The notes beneath the pieces are model-generated. The model did no database searches. It was not told the origin of the DNA and was given only the letters and a program-made list of their open reading frames with translations. Source: an uncultured Lachnospiraceae bacterium (GTDB lineage: Bacteria > Bacillota > Clostridia > Lachnospirales > Lachnospiraceae). From it: a stretch of DNA of 64,000 bases. Below are positions 19,127 to 27,819 of the stretch, piece after piece. The stretch covers positions 102,052 to 166,051 of the forward strand of contig CANQDA010000002.1 in NCBI GenBank assembly GCA_947591155.1, in the 5' to 3' direction. Every line of letters begins with the position of its first letter. Position 1 is the first letter of the stretch. The position numbers and the translations under genes are program-made.

Positions 19127-19192
19127 GAAAAAACAGATTAAAAAAACAGATTAAAAAAACAGATTAGACAAGACAGATCAGACAAGACAGGG
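19127..19192 (+). repeat. Short tandem repeats in a polypurine tract downstream of lepA
   Basis: aaaaaaacagatt x3, followed by agacaagacag(a/g) x2. Confidence 0.85.
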
Positions 19193-19389
19193 ACTGTTGC
19201 GAAGGACACAAGCGTGTGCTTTGTGGCAGTCTTTTTCTTTTACTTAAAAGAGTATTTTGCCCGAAAGAAGCTGCAGGACTTTCTTTTGTGCACAATGCAC
19301 ATAAACGGGAAGAAAAAGTGATGTGACAGGGCGAAATACAAAAAATTTAAGTTAAAGCTACTGAAAACAGAAAATTTAATTTAACTTTA

Positions 19390-19418
19390 TTGACTGAATA
19401 AAGTAAGAATGATATAGT
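19390..19418 (+). promoter_or_regulatory. Sigma-A-type promoter of the mannan-utilisation ABC operon
   Basis: TTGACT (19390-19395), 17-nt spacer, TATAGT (19413-19418). Confidence 0.55.
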
Positions 19419-19459
19419 TAAATATATCAATTTTAATAAAAAAGAATGGAGGAAAAACT

Positions 19460-20812
19460 ATGAAACTGAGAAAAGTGTTGGCGTTAGGCCTGACTGCAGC
19501 AATGGTTCTCTCCCTTCCGGTGGCGGTGTCCGCTGACGAGGGCGGCGTACCGGGATATCTGGACATCACGCTGGGTGAGGATTACACGGATCTGACCGCT
19601 ACGATCAAATTCCTGCACTGCAGAACTGACCGTGAGGAAGACGGAACGATCGCGGACCTGGTCGCGAAATTCAACGAGACGTATCCGAACATCTCTGTCG
19701 AGACCGAGGGCGTCACGGACTACGCGGAGGATTCCCTGCTTCGTCTGTCCACGGGCGACTGGGGCGACATCATGCTGATCCCGGCGATCGACACGAAAGA
19801 GCTGAGTACATATTTCCAGCCGTACGGCGATCTGGAAGCGCTGGACGCGGAGCTGAACTTCATGAACGCATGGTCCTATGACGGCGTTTGCTACGGCGTT
19901 CCGATGTGGGGCAACGCGCAGGGCGTCGTCTACAACAAGGCAGTGTTCGAGCAGGCCGGCATCACCGAGCTTCCGAAGACTCCGGACGAATTCATCGCGG
20001 ACCTTCAGCTGATCAAGGACAACACGGACGCGATCCCGCTTTACACGAATTACGCGGCAGGCTGGACAATGGGCGCATGGGACGCTTACATGGGCGTTGT
20101 CGCAGAGGGCGACGATACCTTCATGAACCAGAAGTTTGCGCATATGGCGAATCCGTTTGAGGATCACGGCGACGGCACGGGCGCATACGCTCTGTACAAG
20201 ATTCTCTACGACGCGGTTGCGAACGGCCTCATCGAGGACGACTACACCACGACCGACTGGGAAGGCTGCAAGGGCATGATCAACAACGGCGAGATCGGCT
20301 GCATGGTTCTCGGCTCCTGGGCGTTCTCCCAGATGGTAGAGGCCGGCGACCACGGCGACGACATCGGCTATATGCCGTTCCCGATCACCGTTGACGGCAC
20401 GCAGTACGTGGTAGCAGGCGGCGACTACAACTACGGCATCAATGTAAACGCGAGCGACGACAACAAGACGGCTTCTATGGTATTCGTGAAATGGCTCATC
20501 GAGGAGTCCGGCTGGAACGTATCCGAGGGCTGCTACGCGACCTCCAAGAACGGCGAGAACCCGGCTATGTATTCCGCATTCGACACCTGTACGATGCTTT
20601 CCGATCAGCCGGCGCTTCCGGGCGAGGAAGACCTGCTTGGCGAGATGAACGCAGAGTCTGAGCTTTCCTTCAACGCAGGCGGCGACGCGAAGGTTCAGAG
20701 AATTGTGGAATCCGCGTTCACGGGCAGCGAGAGCTTCGACGACATCATGGCAGACTGGACGACCGCATGGAACGATGCGCAGGACAGCCTTGGCGTTGAA
20801 GTGACTGAGTAA
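19460..20812 (+). CDS. Sugar ABC transporter substrate-binding lipoprotein/secreted protein (family 1 SBP)
   Basis: Signal peptide MKLRKVLALGLTAAMVLSL. 450 aa with typical carbohydrate SBP composition, followed by two MalF/MalG-type permeases. Confidence 0.85.
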   Translation: MKLRKVLALGLTAAMVLSLPVAVSADEGGVPGYLDITLGEDYTDLTATIKFLHCRTDREEDGTIADLVAKFNETYPNISVETEGVTDYAEDSLLRLSTGDWGDIMLIPAIDTKELSTYFQPYGDLEALDAELNFMNAWSYDGVCYGVPMWGNAQGVVYNKAVFEQAGITELPKTPDEFIADLQLIKDNTDAIPLYTNYAAGWTMGAWDAYMGVVAEGDDTFMNQKFAHMANPFEDHGDGTGAYALYKILYDAVANGLIEDDYTTTDWEGCKGMINNGEIGCMVLGSWAFSQMVEAGDHGDDIGYMPFPITVDGTQYVVAGGDYNYGINVNASDDNKTASMVFVKWLIEESGWNVSEGCYATSKNGENPAMYSAFDTCTMLSDQPALPGEEDLLGEMNAESELSFNAGGDAKVQRIVESAFTGSESFDDIMADWTTAWNDAQDSLGVEVTE

Positions 20813-20850
20813 GAAATAAGAAATACGCTGCGATACGGCGAAAATTGACA

Positions 20851-21015
20851 GAGGGACTGTAGTATGCACTACTGTTCAAATCAGGCCGAAGCACTTGCTG
20901 ATGAGGCCGTAAAAAAGTGATGCAGGCGGCAGTTTGGGCTTCGCAAAGCGAATTTGCATGCCCAAACTGCTTACTGATCACGAAGTGAACAGTAGTAATT
21001 TTACAGCCCCTTTGT
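20851..21015. repeat. Nested-palindrome intergenic repeat element, copy 1
   Basis: Core caggccgaagcacttgctgatgaggccgtaa...cagtttgggcttcgcaaagcgaatttgcatgcccaaactg...cacgaagtgaacag recurs at 36046-36160. Flanked by ACTACTGTTCA (20868-20878) / TGAACAGTAGT (20986-20996) and an outer GGGACTGTA / TACAGCCCC stem plus a T-run. Confidence 0.85.
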
Positions 21016-21037
21016 TTGTAGAAAGAGAGGGACCCGG

Positions 21038-22045
21038 ATGAACACAAAGGCAGTGAAAAAGAGACGGCCGTTCAAGGTGTGGATCAAAAGCAGGGACGGA
21101 CAGAAGGTTCTGGTGATGCTCTCGTTTATGATCATCCCGCTTTTGTTGCTGTTTGTCTTTACCTATCTTCCGTTCGGGGAGATGTTCGGCTTCAGTTTTT
21201 ATAAGATGAAATACACCGGCACGCGAAAGTTCGTGGGCTGGGACAATTACCTGAAGGTATTCCAGCGCAAGGACTGCTTCGGCGCGCTGAAGCTCAGCCT
21301 TTACTACATGCTCGGTTCGATCATACAGCTTGTGCTCGCGCTGTATCTCGCGACGGTTCTGAGCTTTAAGGTAAAGTGCGGAAAATTGTTTAAGGGATTT
21401 ATGTTCTTCCCGTATCTGATCAACGGTATCGCCATCGGCTTTATTTTCAAGTTTTTCTATACCAGAGGCTTCGTGTTCGATACCGTGCTTCAGTGGTGCG
21501 GCTTCAATCTGGACAATCTCCCGTACTGGCTGCGCGACCAGAGGATCAACAACTTCTCCCTGGTGGGGACATCCATCTGGCGCTATTTCGGACAGAACAT
21601 GGTGCTTTTCATCGGCGCGATCATGTCGGTGGACTCGAGTCTGTACGAATCCGCAATGCTCGACGGGGCGAACAAGTTCCAGCAGTTTATGTATATTATC
21701 CTTCCGAGCATACGTACGATCGTCATGCTGAACGTGATCCTGTCGATCACAGGTTCCTTAAGTGCTTTCGAACCGCCGTACGTCATCACGAGCGGCGCGA
21801 ACGGGACGGGTACCTACTTTGTGGTCATGCACAATATCGCGCACACACAGCAGAAGGTAGGCCTTGCCTCGGCGATGGCGATCATACTGCTGATCATTAT
21901 CATCATCGCGACGATACTGCAGAAGCTGTTCTTCAAGTATGTGTTCCGCGACGCGGAGGACGACGATCCGAAGGCAGGCATCCGCAGAGATAAGAAACTT
22001 GCCAGACTGGCGAAGAGAAGCGTCAGGGCAGCGGAAGGGCGGTGA
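21038..22045 (+). CDS. Sugar ABC transporter permease (MalF/UgpA type)
   Basis: Six TM segments and the EAA-like loop SLYESAMLDGANKFQQFMYIILP. Confidence 0.9.
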   Translation: MNTKAVKKRRPFKVWIKSRDGQKVLVMLSFMIIPLLLLFVFTYLPFGEMFGFSFYKMKYTGTRKFVGWDNYLKVFQRKDCFGALKLSLYYMLGSIIQLVLALYLATVLSFKVKCGKLFKGFMFFPYLINGIAIGFIFKFFYTRGFVFDTVLQWCGFNLDNLPYWLRDQRINNFSLVGTSIWRYFGQNMVLFIGAIMSVDSSLYESAMLDGANKFQQFMYIILPSIRTIVMLNVILSITGSLSAFEPPYVITSGANGTGTYFVVMHNIAHTQQKVGLASAMAIILLIIIIIATILQKLFFKYVFRDAEDDDPKAGIRRDKKLARLAKRSVRAAEGR

Positions 22046-22051
22046 TGGGAT

Positions 22052-22900
22052 ATGAGGACAATGGATTATGCAAAAAGAGGTATCCTTGCTTTTCTGAAAT
22101 ATGCGTCGCTGGTGTTTTTCGCGTTCGTCGCGGTGATCCCGGTCGTATCCTGCGTGATCACGGCCTTCAAGACCGAGACGGAATATCAGCAGACGAACGT
22201 GATGACGCTCCCGCAGAACTGGCTGAATTTTGACAACTTTATCCAGGCGTTCCAGAGGGCGAACATGGGCAGGGCGTTTTTTAATTCCACGCTCATCCTG
22301 ATCTGTGTGCTGATCGGTTCTGTGTTCATCGGCACACAGCTGGCTTATGTGCTGAACCGCTTCAAGTTCCCGGGAAACAATATGATCCGCAATCTGTTCC
22401 TGTTCGCGTCGCTGCTTCCGGGCGTCGCCATGCAGGTATCCCTGTATGAGATCATGTACAATCTGGGTTTTATCAATTCGCTGATCGGATATATGATCAT
22501 CATGTGCGGGACGGACGTCATATCGATCTATATCTATATACAGTTCTTTGAGAACATCGATATTGCCCTGGACGAGTCGGCGATCATGGACGGCGCGAAT
22601 TATTTCACGATCTTCTACAAGATCCATCTGCCGCTCTTAAAGCCGGCGATCGTGACTTCCTGCATCCTGAAGGGCGTCGGTACCTACAACGAATACTACA
22701 TGGCGAACCTGTATCTGCAGGATAAGAAGCTGTATCCGACGGTGGCCACCTCGCTGTACACCTTCGTCGGACCGCTGGGCAGTCAGTACAACCTGATCTG
22801 CGCAGGCGTGATCATCTCTCTGCTCCCGGCGCTGATCTTGTTCATTTTGTGCCAGGACCAGATCTACAGCGGACTGACGGCAGGCGCTGTGAAGGGCTGA
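22052..22900 (+). CDS. Sugar ABC transporter permease (MalG/UgpE type)
   Basis: Six TM segments and the EAA-like loop ALDESAIMDGANYFTIFYKIHLPLLKP. Confidence 0.9.
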   Translation: MRTMDYAKRGILAFLKYASLVFFAFVAVIPVVSCVITAFKTETEYQQTNVMTLPQNWLNFDNFIQAFQRANMGRAFFNSTLILICVLIGSVFIGTQLAYVLNRFKFPGNNMIRNLFLFASLLPGVAMQVSLYEIMYNLGFINSLIGYMIIMCGTDVISIYIYIQFFENIDIALDESAIMDGANYFTIFYKIHLPLLKPAIVTSCILKGVGTYNEYYMANLYLQDKKLYPTVATSLYTFVGPLGSQYNLICAGVIISLLPALILFILCQDQIYSGLTAGAVKG

Positions 22901-23022
22901 GCATATTATACTGTCCGGTCGGTTTGCATATCGGCCGGGCAGGAGGAATGTGGATTTTTGTGATTGGCACGGTTCTTGAAAAATGCTATCATAGATGAAA
23001 ACGTATTTTTTGGAGGCATGGT

Positions 23023-24192
23023 ATGTTTGTTCAGGAAGTAAAAGAGCACTTGACGGGAAAACTCATTCCGTTCTGGAAGGGCATGAGGGACGACGAAAAC
23101 GGCGGATATTACGGCTATATGGGATATGACCTGAAGATCGATCCGAAGGCCGTCAAGGGCTGTATCTTAAACAGCAGGATCCTGTGGTTTTTCTCGAACG
23201 CGGCGTTGCTTTTGAACGACGCTTCGCTGAGGGATGAGGCGGATCACGCGTACGCTTTCTTGCGGGATCACTTTGTGGATCGGGGAAACGGCGGCGTGTA
23301 CTGGTCGGTCACCTACGACGGGAAAGTGGAAGAAGGAATGAAGCACACTTACTGTCAGGCGTTCGCGATCTACGGGCTCTCCTCGTACTACAGACTGACG
23401 CGAAATGAGGAAGCTCTCTCGCTGGCGAAGCAGCTGTTCGCTGTGGTCGAGGAGAAATGTACAGATTCTTTCGGTTATCTGGAGGCGTTCTCGCAGGACT
23501 TCCGGCCGGTGGACAATGAGAAGCTTTCCGAGAACGGCGTGATGGCGGAGAAGACGATGAACACACTCCTGCACGTGTTTGAGGCGTACACGGAGCTCTA
23601 CGACGTCTCGCACGACGAGGCGGTGGGAGAGCAGCTGCGCTATATGCTGCGCCTGTTTGCCGACCGGGTCTACAATCCGTCGAAGCGCCGTCTGGAGGTG
23701 TTCTTCGACAAGGAGTGGAACACACTGATCGACCTTCACTCCTTCGGGCACGACATTGAGTCGGCCTGGCTGATCGACCGTGGCTGCGACGTGCTGGGGG
23801 ACGAGGCGCTTTCCGAGGAGATGCGGAAGATCACAAGGACGCTGACGGAGTGTGTCTACGAGGAGGCCTATCGCAGCCATTCGCTCGCGAACGAGTGCGA
23901 GAGCGACAAAGTCGACACCACTCGCGTCTGGTGGGTGCAGGCGGAGGCAATCGTCGGCTTCACGAACGCGTGGCAGCAGGATCCGTCCGGCCTTAAGTAC
24001 ATGCAGGCGGCCGAGGATATCTGGGGATTTGTGAAGGAATATCTGGTGGACAAAAGAGAAGGCTCCGAGTGGTTCCGCGATCTGAAGGAAAACGGGGAAA
24101 TCACGGAGGAGGAAGCGATCGTGGACCCGTGGAAATGTCCGTACCACAACGGGCGGATGTGCATGGAGATCATCCGGAGACTGTCCGCGTGA
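23023..24192 (+). CDS. AGE-superfamily epimerase (cellobiose/mannobiose 2-epimerase-like)
   Basis: 389 aa with (alpha/alpha)6-barrel motifs: HTYCQAFAIYGLSSYY, LLHVFEAYTELY, SFGHDIESAWL, WWVQAEA, KCPYHNGRMCME. Confidence 0.8.
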   Translation: MFVQEVKEHLTGKLIPFWKGMRDDENGGYYGYMGYDLKIDPKAVKGCILNSRILWFFSNAALLLNDASLRDEADHAYAFLRDHFVDRGNGGVYWSVTYDGKVEEGMKHTYCQAFAIYGLSSYYRLTRNEEALSLAKQLFAVVEEKCTDSFGYLEAFSQDFRPVDNEKLSENGVMAEKTMNTLLHVFEAYTELYDVSHDEAVGEQLRYMLRLFADRVYNPSKRRLEVFFDKEWNTLIDLHSFGHDIESAWLIDRGCDVLGDEALSEEMRKITRTLTECVYEEAYRSHSLANECESDKVDTTRVWWVQAEAIVGFTNAWQQDPSGLKYMQAAEDIWGFVKEYLVDKREGSEWFRDLKENGEITEEEAIVDPWKCPYHNGRMCMEIIRRLSA

Positions 24193-24364
24193 GGTTTATT
24201 CGACGGATACCTTACATGAAATACTATACGTGAAATACCATACATGAAAAGGAAAATTCGCGTGAGGGCAGGACATCAATCCTGCCTTCTGTGAAACGAA
24301 TGTATGATTGAAACAAAGATTAAAGCAAAGATAAAACAAAGACTGAAAGGAAGATACAGAGGAT

Positions 24365-25435
24365 ATGCGGATAAGACCTGACCATAAGTATCTGCAATAC
24401 AGCGGCAGGATCGATGACACAGATCCGAACGCGTATATATTCATCTGGCCGGCGACGTTGGTGACTGTTCGTTTCCGGGGCAGTGAGATCAGCGCGTATC
24501 TGGAGAACCACAGGCAGTACTGGGGCAATTATATGGGCGTTATTCTCGACGGCGACCAGAGCACGATCTGCCTGGCGAAAGGCGAGGAGGACGCGGACAC
24601 GGATGTGAGGCGTTATGTGCTGGCGAAGAATCTCCCGGACAAGGAGCACACCCTGACGCTTTTCAAACGGCAGGATTCCTGCAACAAAGTGCTTTTTCAC
24701 GGTTTTGAACTGCCGGAAGGATCGGAGATTCTTCCGCCGTTTCCGAAGCCGGAGCGCAGGATGGAGGTATACGGGGATTCCGTGTCGGCCGGGGAGGTGT
24801 CAGAGGCGGTGGAATACACCGGCAAGGCCGATCCGGAGCACAACGGAGAGTACTCCAACGTCTGGTATTCTTATGCCTGGATGACTGCGCGCAAATTAAA
24901 TGCGGAGCTCCACGACATCGCGCAGGGCGGGATCGCGCTGCTGGACGGCACGGGATATTTCAATGAAGACGGCGGCTATACCGGCATGGAGCACGCGTGG
25001 GATAAGCTGCAGTACAATCCGGCGTTCGGCGAGGTGACGGACTGGGATTTTAGTCGTTACACGCCGCATGTGGTCGTCGTCGCAATTGCGCAGAACGACA
25101 ACCACCCGGTGGATTTCATGAAAGAGGACTATGAGGGCGCGAAGGCGGTCCTCTGGCGGCAGCATTACAGAAGGCTGATTGAAAACATACGCGAAAAGTA
25201 TCCGCGGGCTTTGATCATCCTTGCCACGACCATTCTGGAGCATGACAGGAGCTGGGACGACGCGATCGGGGAAGTCCGCGAGGCGATCGGCGACGAGAAG
25301 ATCGTGCACTTCCTCTACAGGCGAAACGGCTGCGGGACGCCCGGACACATCCGCATCGGCGAGGCCGAAGAGATGTCGGACGAGCTGGCGGCGTTCATCG
25401 AGGAGCAGGCAAAGCGCACGGGATGCTTCGACTGA
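24365..25435 (+). CDS. SGNH/GDSL carbohydrate esterase, CE2-like (N-terminal beta-sandwich plus C-terminal SGNH domain)
   Basis: About 130-aa N-terminal domain, then VYGDSVSAGE (block I Ser), AIAQNDN (block III) and GTPGHIRIGEAEE (block V His). No signal peptide. Confidence 0.7.
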   Translation: MRIRPDHKYLQYSGRIDDTDPNAYIFIWPATLVTVRFRGSEISAYLENHRQYWGNYMGVILDGDQSTICLAKGEEDADTDVRRYVLAKNLPDKEHTLTLFKRQDSCNKVLFHGFELPEGSEILPPFPKPERRMEVYGDSVSAGEVSEAVEYTGKADPEHNGEYSNVWYSYAWMTARKLNAELHDIAQGGIALLDGTGYFNEDGGYTGMEHAWDKLQYNPAFGEVTDWDFSRYTPHVVVVAIAQNDNHPVDFMKEDYEGAKAVLWRQHYRRLIENIREKYPRALIILATTILEHDRSWDDAIGEVREAIGDEKIVHFLYRRNGCGTPGHIRIGEAEEMSDELAAFIEEQAKRTGCFD

Positions 25436-25512
25436 GATAGAGACGATGATGGGGAATGCTCAGGTCAAGAGAGCATGATCTTGAAAGTGAGGAACTGTCT
25501 GGTTCGCCTGCC

Positions 25513-25624
25513 GTGAGGCAAGAGATGGCAGATAAGTTGGCGGCATTTATCGAGGAGCAGGCAAAGTGCATGGGATGCTTTGATTGAAATAGAGACGATG
25601 ACGAGAGATGCTCAGGTTAAGAAA
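25513..25624 (+). pseudogene. Degenerate duplicate of the 3' end of the CE2-like esterase gene plus its downstream flank
   Basis: 25537-25624 aligns with 25385-25472 (offset 152 nt) at roughly 85% identity. It reads ...MADKLAAFIEEQAKCMGCFD* against the original ...MSDELAAFIEEQAKRTGCFD*. Confidence 0.8.
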
Positions 25625-25636
25625 GGGCAGAAAAAT

Positions 25637-26647
25637 ATGGCGGAAGAACGGAAGCAGCGCGCGGTGACGCAGACAGATATCGCCCGCGAATTGAATATCA
25701 GCGTAGTGAGCGTTTCCACCGCTCTGAACGGACGGAAGGGCGTCAGCGACGAGCTCCGTCAGAGGATCCTTGACATGGCCGAGGAACTCGGGTACGAAGG
25801 GCCGGCGGGACAGTCCCAGAAAAAGGACGCGCTTGTCCGGATCGGAGTGTTGATCTCCCAGAGGTACTTAAGATATACGCCGTCGTTTTACATGAAGGTC
25901 TATCAGGAAATCGTGATCGCGGCGCAGGAGAAGAAGAGCACGACCTTTCTCGAGATACTGGACCCGGAGGACGAGGAGAGCCTGAAGCTGCCGAAGCTGT
26001 CTCTGGACGATCAGGTGAACGGGATCCTGGTGCTCGGTGAGTTGAGCCGCGCGTACACGGAAGCAATCCGAAATGAAAGCAGGGCGCCGGTGATCTTCGT
26101 GGACTATTACCAGCCGATCGGTGAGGCGGATTTTATCACCAGCGACGGTTACGCGGGGGCGTATCGGCTCACGAAGATGATGCTGGCGGTCGGCTATCGG
26201 AAGATTGCCTTTGTCGGGACGCTGCAGGCCACCTCCAGTATCCGGGATCGTTTTTTTGGCTATCGGAAGGCGCTGATGGAGAGCGGGATCGAAGTAAGGC
26301 CGGAGTGGATCGTTCCGGACCGGAGTACTTCGAACGTAGGCATTTTCGTGCAGCTGCCGGAGGAGATGCCGGAGGCGTTTCTCTGCAACTGCGACGTGAC
26401 GGCGGCGTTTCTGATCGAGAAACTGCGTCAGGACGGCTATCGCGTCCCGGAGGACGTCGGCGTGGCGGGCTTCGACCATTTTTTGATGGAGCAGATCGAC
26501 GGCGTGGAACTGACTACCTATGACGTCAATATCGAGGCGATGGCAAAGATCAGTGTGAACACGTTGATACGAAAGATCAACCAGACGCATTTTGTGCCTC
26601 GCATGAGCGTTGTCACCGGAAAAGTCATCCGCGGAAACAGCTTTTGA
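25637..26647 (+). CDS. LacI-family transcriptional regulator
   Basis: N-terminal HTH VTQTDIARELNISVVSVSTALNG followed by a periplasmic-binding-protein-like sugar-binding domain. The start is placed after the duplicated segment. Confidence 0.88.
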   Translation: MAEERKQRAVTQTDIARELNISVVSVSTALNGRKGVSDELRQRILDMAEELGYEGPAGQSQKKDALVRIGVLISQRYLRYTPSFYMKVYQEIVIAAQEKKSTTFLEILDPEDEESLKLPKLSLDDQVNGILVLGELSRAYTEAIRNESRAPVIFVDYYQPIGEADFITSDGYAGAYRLTKMMLAVGYRKIAFVGTLQATSSIRDRFFGYRKALMESGIEVRPEWIVPDRSTSNVGIFVQLPEEMPEAFLCNCDVTAAFLIEKLRQDGYRVPEDVGVAGFDHFLMEQIDGVELTTYDVNIEAMAKISVNTLIRKINQTHFVPRMSVVTGKVIRGNSF

Positions 26648-26667
26648 AAGCATAAACGGAGAACAGC

Positions 26668-27753
26668 ATGGGAAAGAATGTTACCTTGAAGGATATCGCG
26701 GAGGAACTGCAGGTCAGCATCGTGACCGTGTCGAACGCGCTGGCAGGCCGCAGCGGAGTGGGAGACGAGCTGCGCATTGCGATTGAGAAAAAAGCACAGG
26801 AGATGGGCTACCGCAGGAAGGTGCGCCGGGAGAGAAAGGCATCGGCCAAGAGCAAGGTGTATAGGGCGGGTACGAGGATCGGCGTGATCGTGGAAGACAG
26901 ATATCTCGCGAAATATACGTCTTTTTACTGGGAGATGTATCAGCGGATCGTCGTGGACGCTTCCGGGAGGGGTTGCTTCGTCTCGCTCGAGGTCCTGACG
27001 GACGAGCAGGAGAAGCAGGGGAAGCTGCCTCTGCTGATGAGTGACAAGGGGATCAACGGGCTGATCATTCTGGGAAGACCCGACAGGACATACTTGAAAA
27101 AGCTGTGTCAGACGGCGGATTGCCCCGTTTTGTTTCTCGATTTTATCGACGAGGAGATCCCGTGCGACGCGGTCATCTCGAACGGGTATTACGGAATGTA
27201 CCAGATGACTAATTATCTGATCGATCTGGGACACACGGAAATCGGTTTTATCGGGAGCTATCTCGCAACGGGCAGTATTGTGGACCGCTATCAGGGATTC
27301 TGCAAATCTCTGCTGGAGCATGAAATCAGCGAGAACAGGGAATGGATTCTGCCCGACCGCGAGCTGCTTACGGGGAAGGCAAAGCTGCAGCTTCCGGAGC
27401 ATTTGCCGACCGCCTTTGTCTGCAATTGCGATTTCACCGCGGGGATGGCCGCGGAACTTCTGATCAAAGCGGGATACCGCATTCCGGAGGATATTTCCCT
27501 TGTCGGATTCGACGATTTCCTCGTACACGGTCCCATGCAGGGGAAGCTGACGACTTACGCCGTGGATATGGACGCGATGGCGCACCAGAGCCTGAAGCTG
27601 CTGCTGAAAAGGATCAACGAGGGCGCGCAGGAGCAGACGGTGCGCGTCGTCGACGGGAAGATGGTGATCCGGGAAAGCGCGGGGCAGATCGACGGGAAGA
27701 TGGTGATCCGGCAGAGTGCGGGACAGATTGATGATAAAAGGGAAGTCGTATAG
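26668..27753 (+). CDS. LacI-family transcriptional regulator (second paralog, repeat-extended C-terminus)
   Basis: HTH VTLKDIAEELQVSIVTVSNALAG plus a PBP-like domain. The tail contains the duplicated DGKMVIR(E/Q)SAGQI(D). Confidence 0.88.
   Translation: MGKNVTLKDIAEELQVSIVTVSNALAGRSGVGDELRIAIEKKAQEMGYRRKVRRERKASAKSKVYRAGTRIGVIVEDRYLAKYTSFYWEMYQRIVVDASGRGCFVSLEVLTDEQEKQGKLPLLMSDKGINGLIILGRPDRTYLKKLCQTADCPVLFLDFIDEEIPCDAVISNGYYGMYQMTNYLIDLGHTEIGFIGSYLATGSIVDRYQGFCKSLLEHEISENREWILPDRELLTGKAKLQLPEHLPTAFVCNCDFTAGMAAELLIKAGYRIPEDISLVGFDDFLVHGPMQGKLTTYAVDMDAMAHQSLKLLLKRINEGAQEQTVRVVDGKMVIRESAGQIDGKMVIRQSAGQIDDKREVV
27652..27729 (+). repeat. 39-bp tandem duplication inside the 3' end of the second LacI gene
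   Basis: gacgggaagatggtgatccgggaaagcgcggggcagatc / gacgggaagatggtgatccggcagagtgcgggacagatt. I count 5 mismatches in 39. Confidence 0.9.
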
Positions 27754-27819
27754 GACAGGAAACGACGATTGAGAACGAAGACAAACAAGTTTATTTTTTT
27801 ATAGAAGAAAGGACACGGT

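Noticed and set aside
19287-19301. TGTGCA-caa-TGCACA palindrome as the LacI operator of the mannan operon.
   Set aside because: It is a perfect inverted repeat but lies about 90 nt upstream of the predicted -35, and it does not follow the usual LacI-family central CG pattern. It is kept only as a candidate to test within the locus finding, not annotated as a feature.
20882-20912. Hammerhead-ribozyme-like strings inside the repeat element: GGCC-GAA-gcacttg-CTGATGA-GGCC (also at 36047-36077 as CTGCTGAGG).
   Set aside because: CUGAUGA and GAA flank a self-complementary GGCC pair. However, only 7 nt separate GAA from CUGAUGA, so helices I and III and a cleavage-site triplet cannot be formed in any permutation. 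In copy 2 the core is mutated to CUGCUGA. This is coincidental resemblance.
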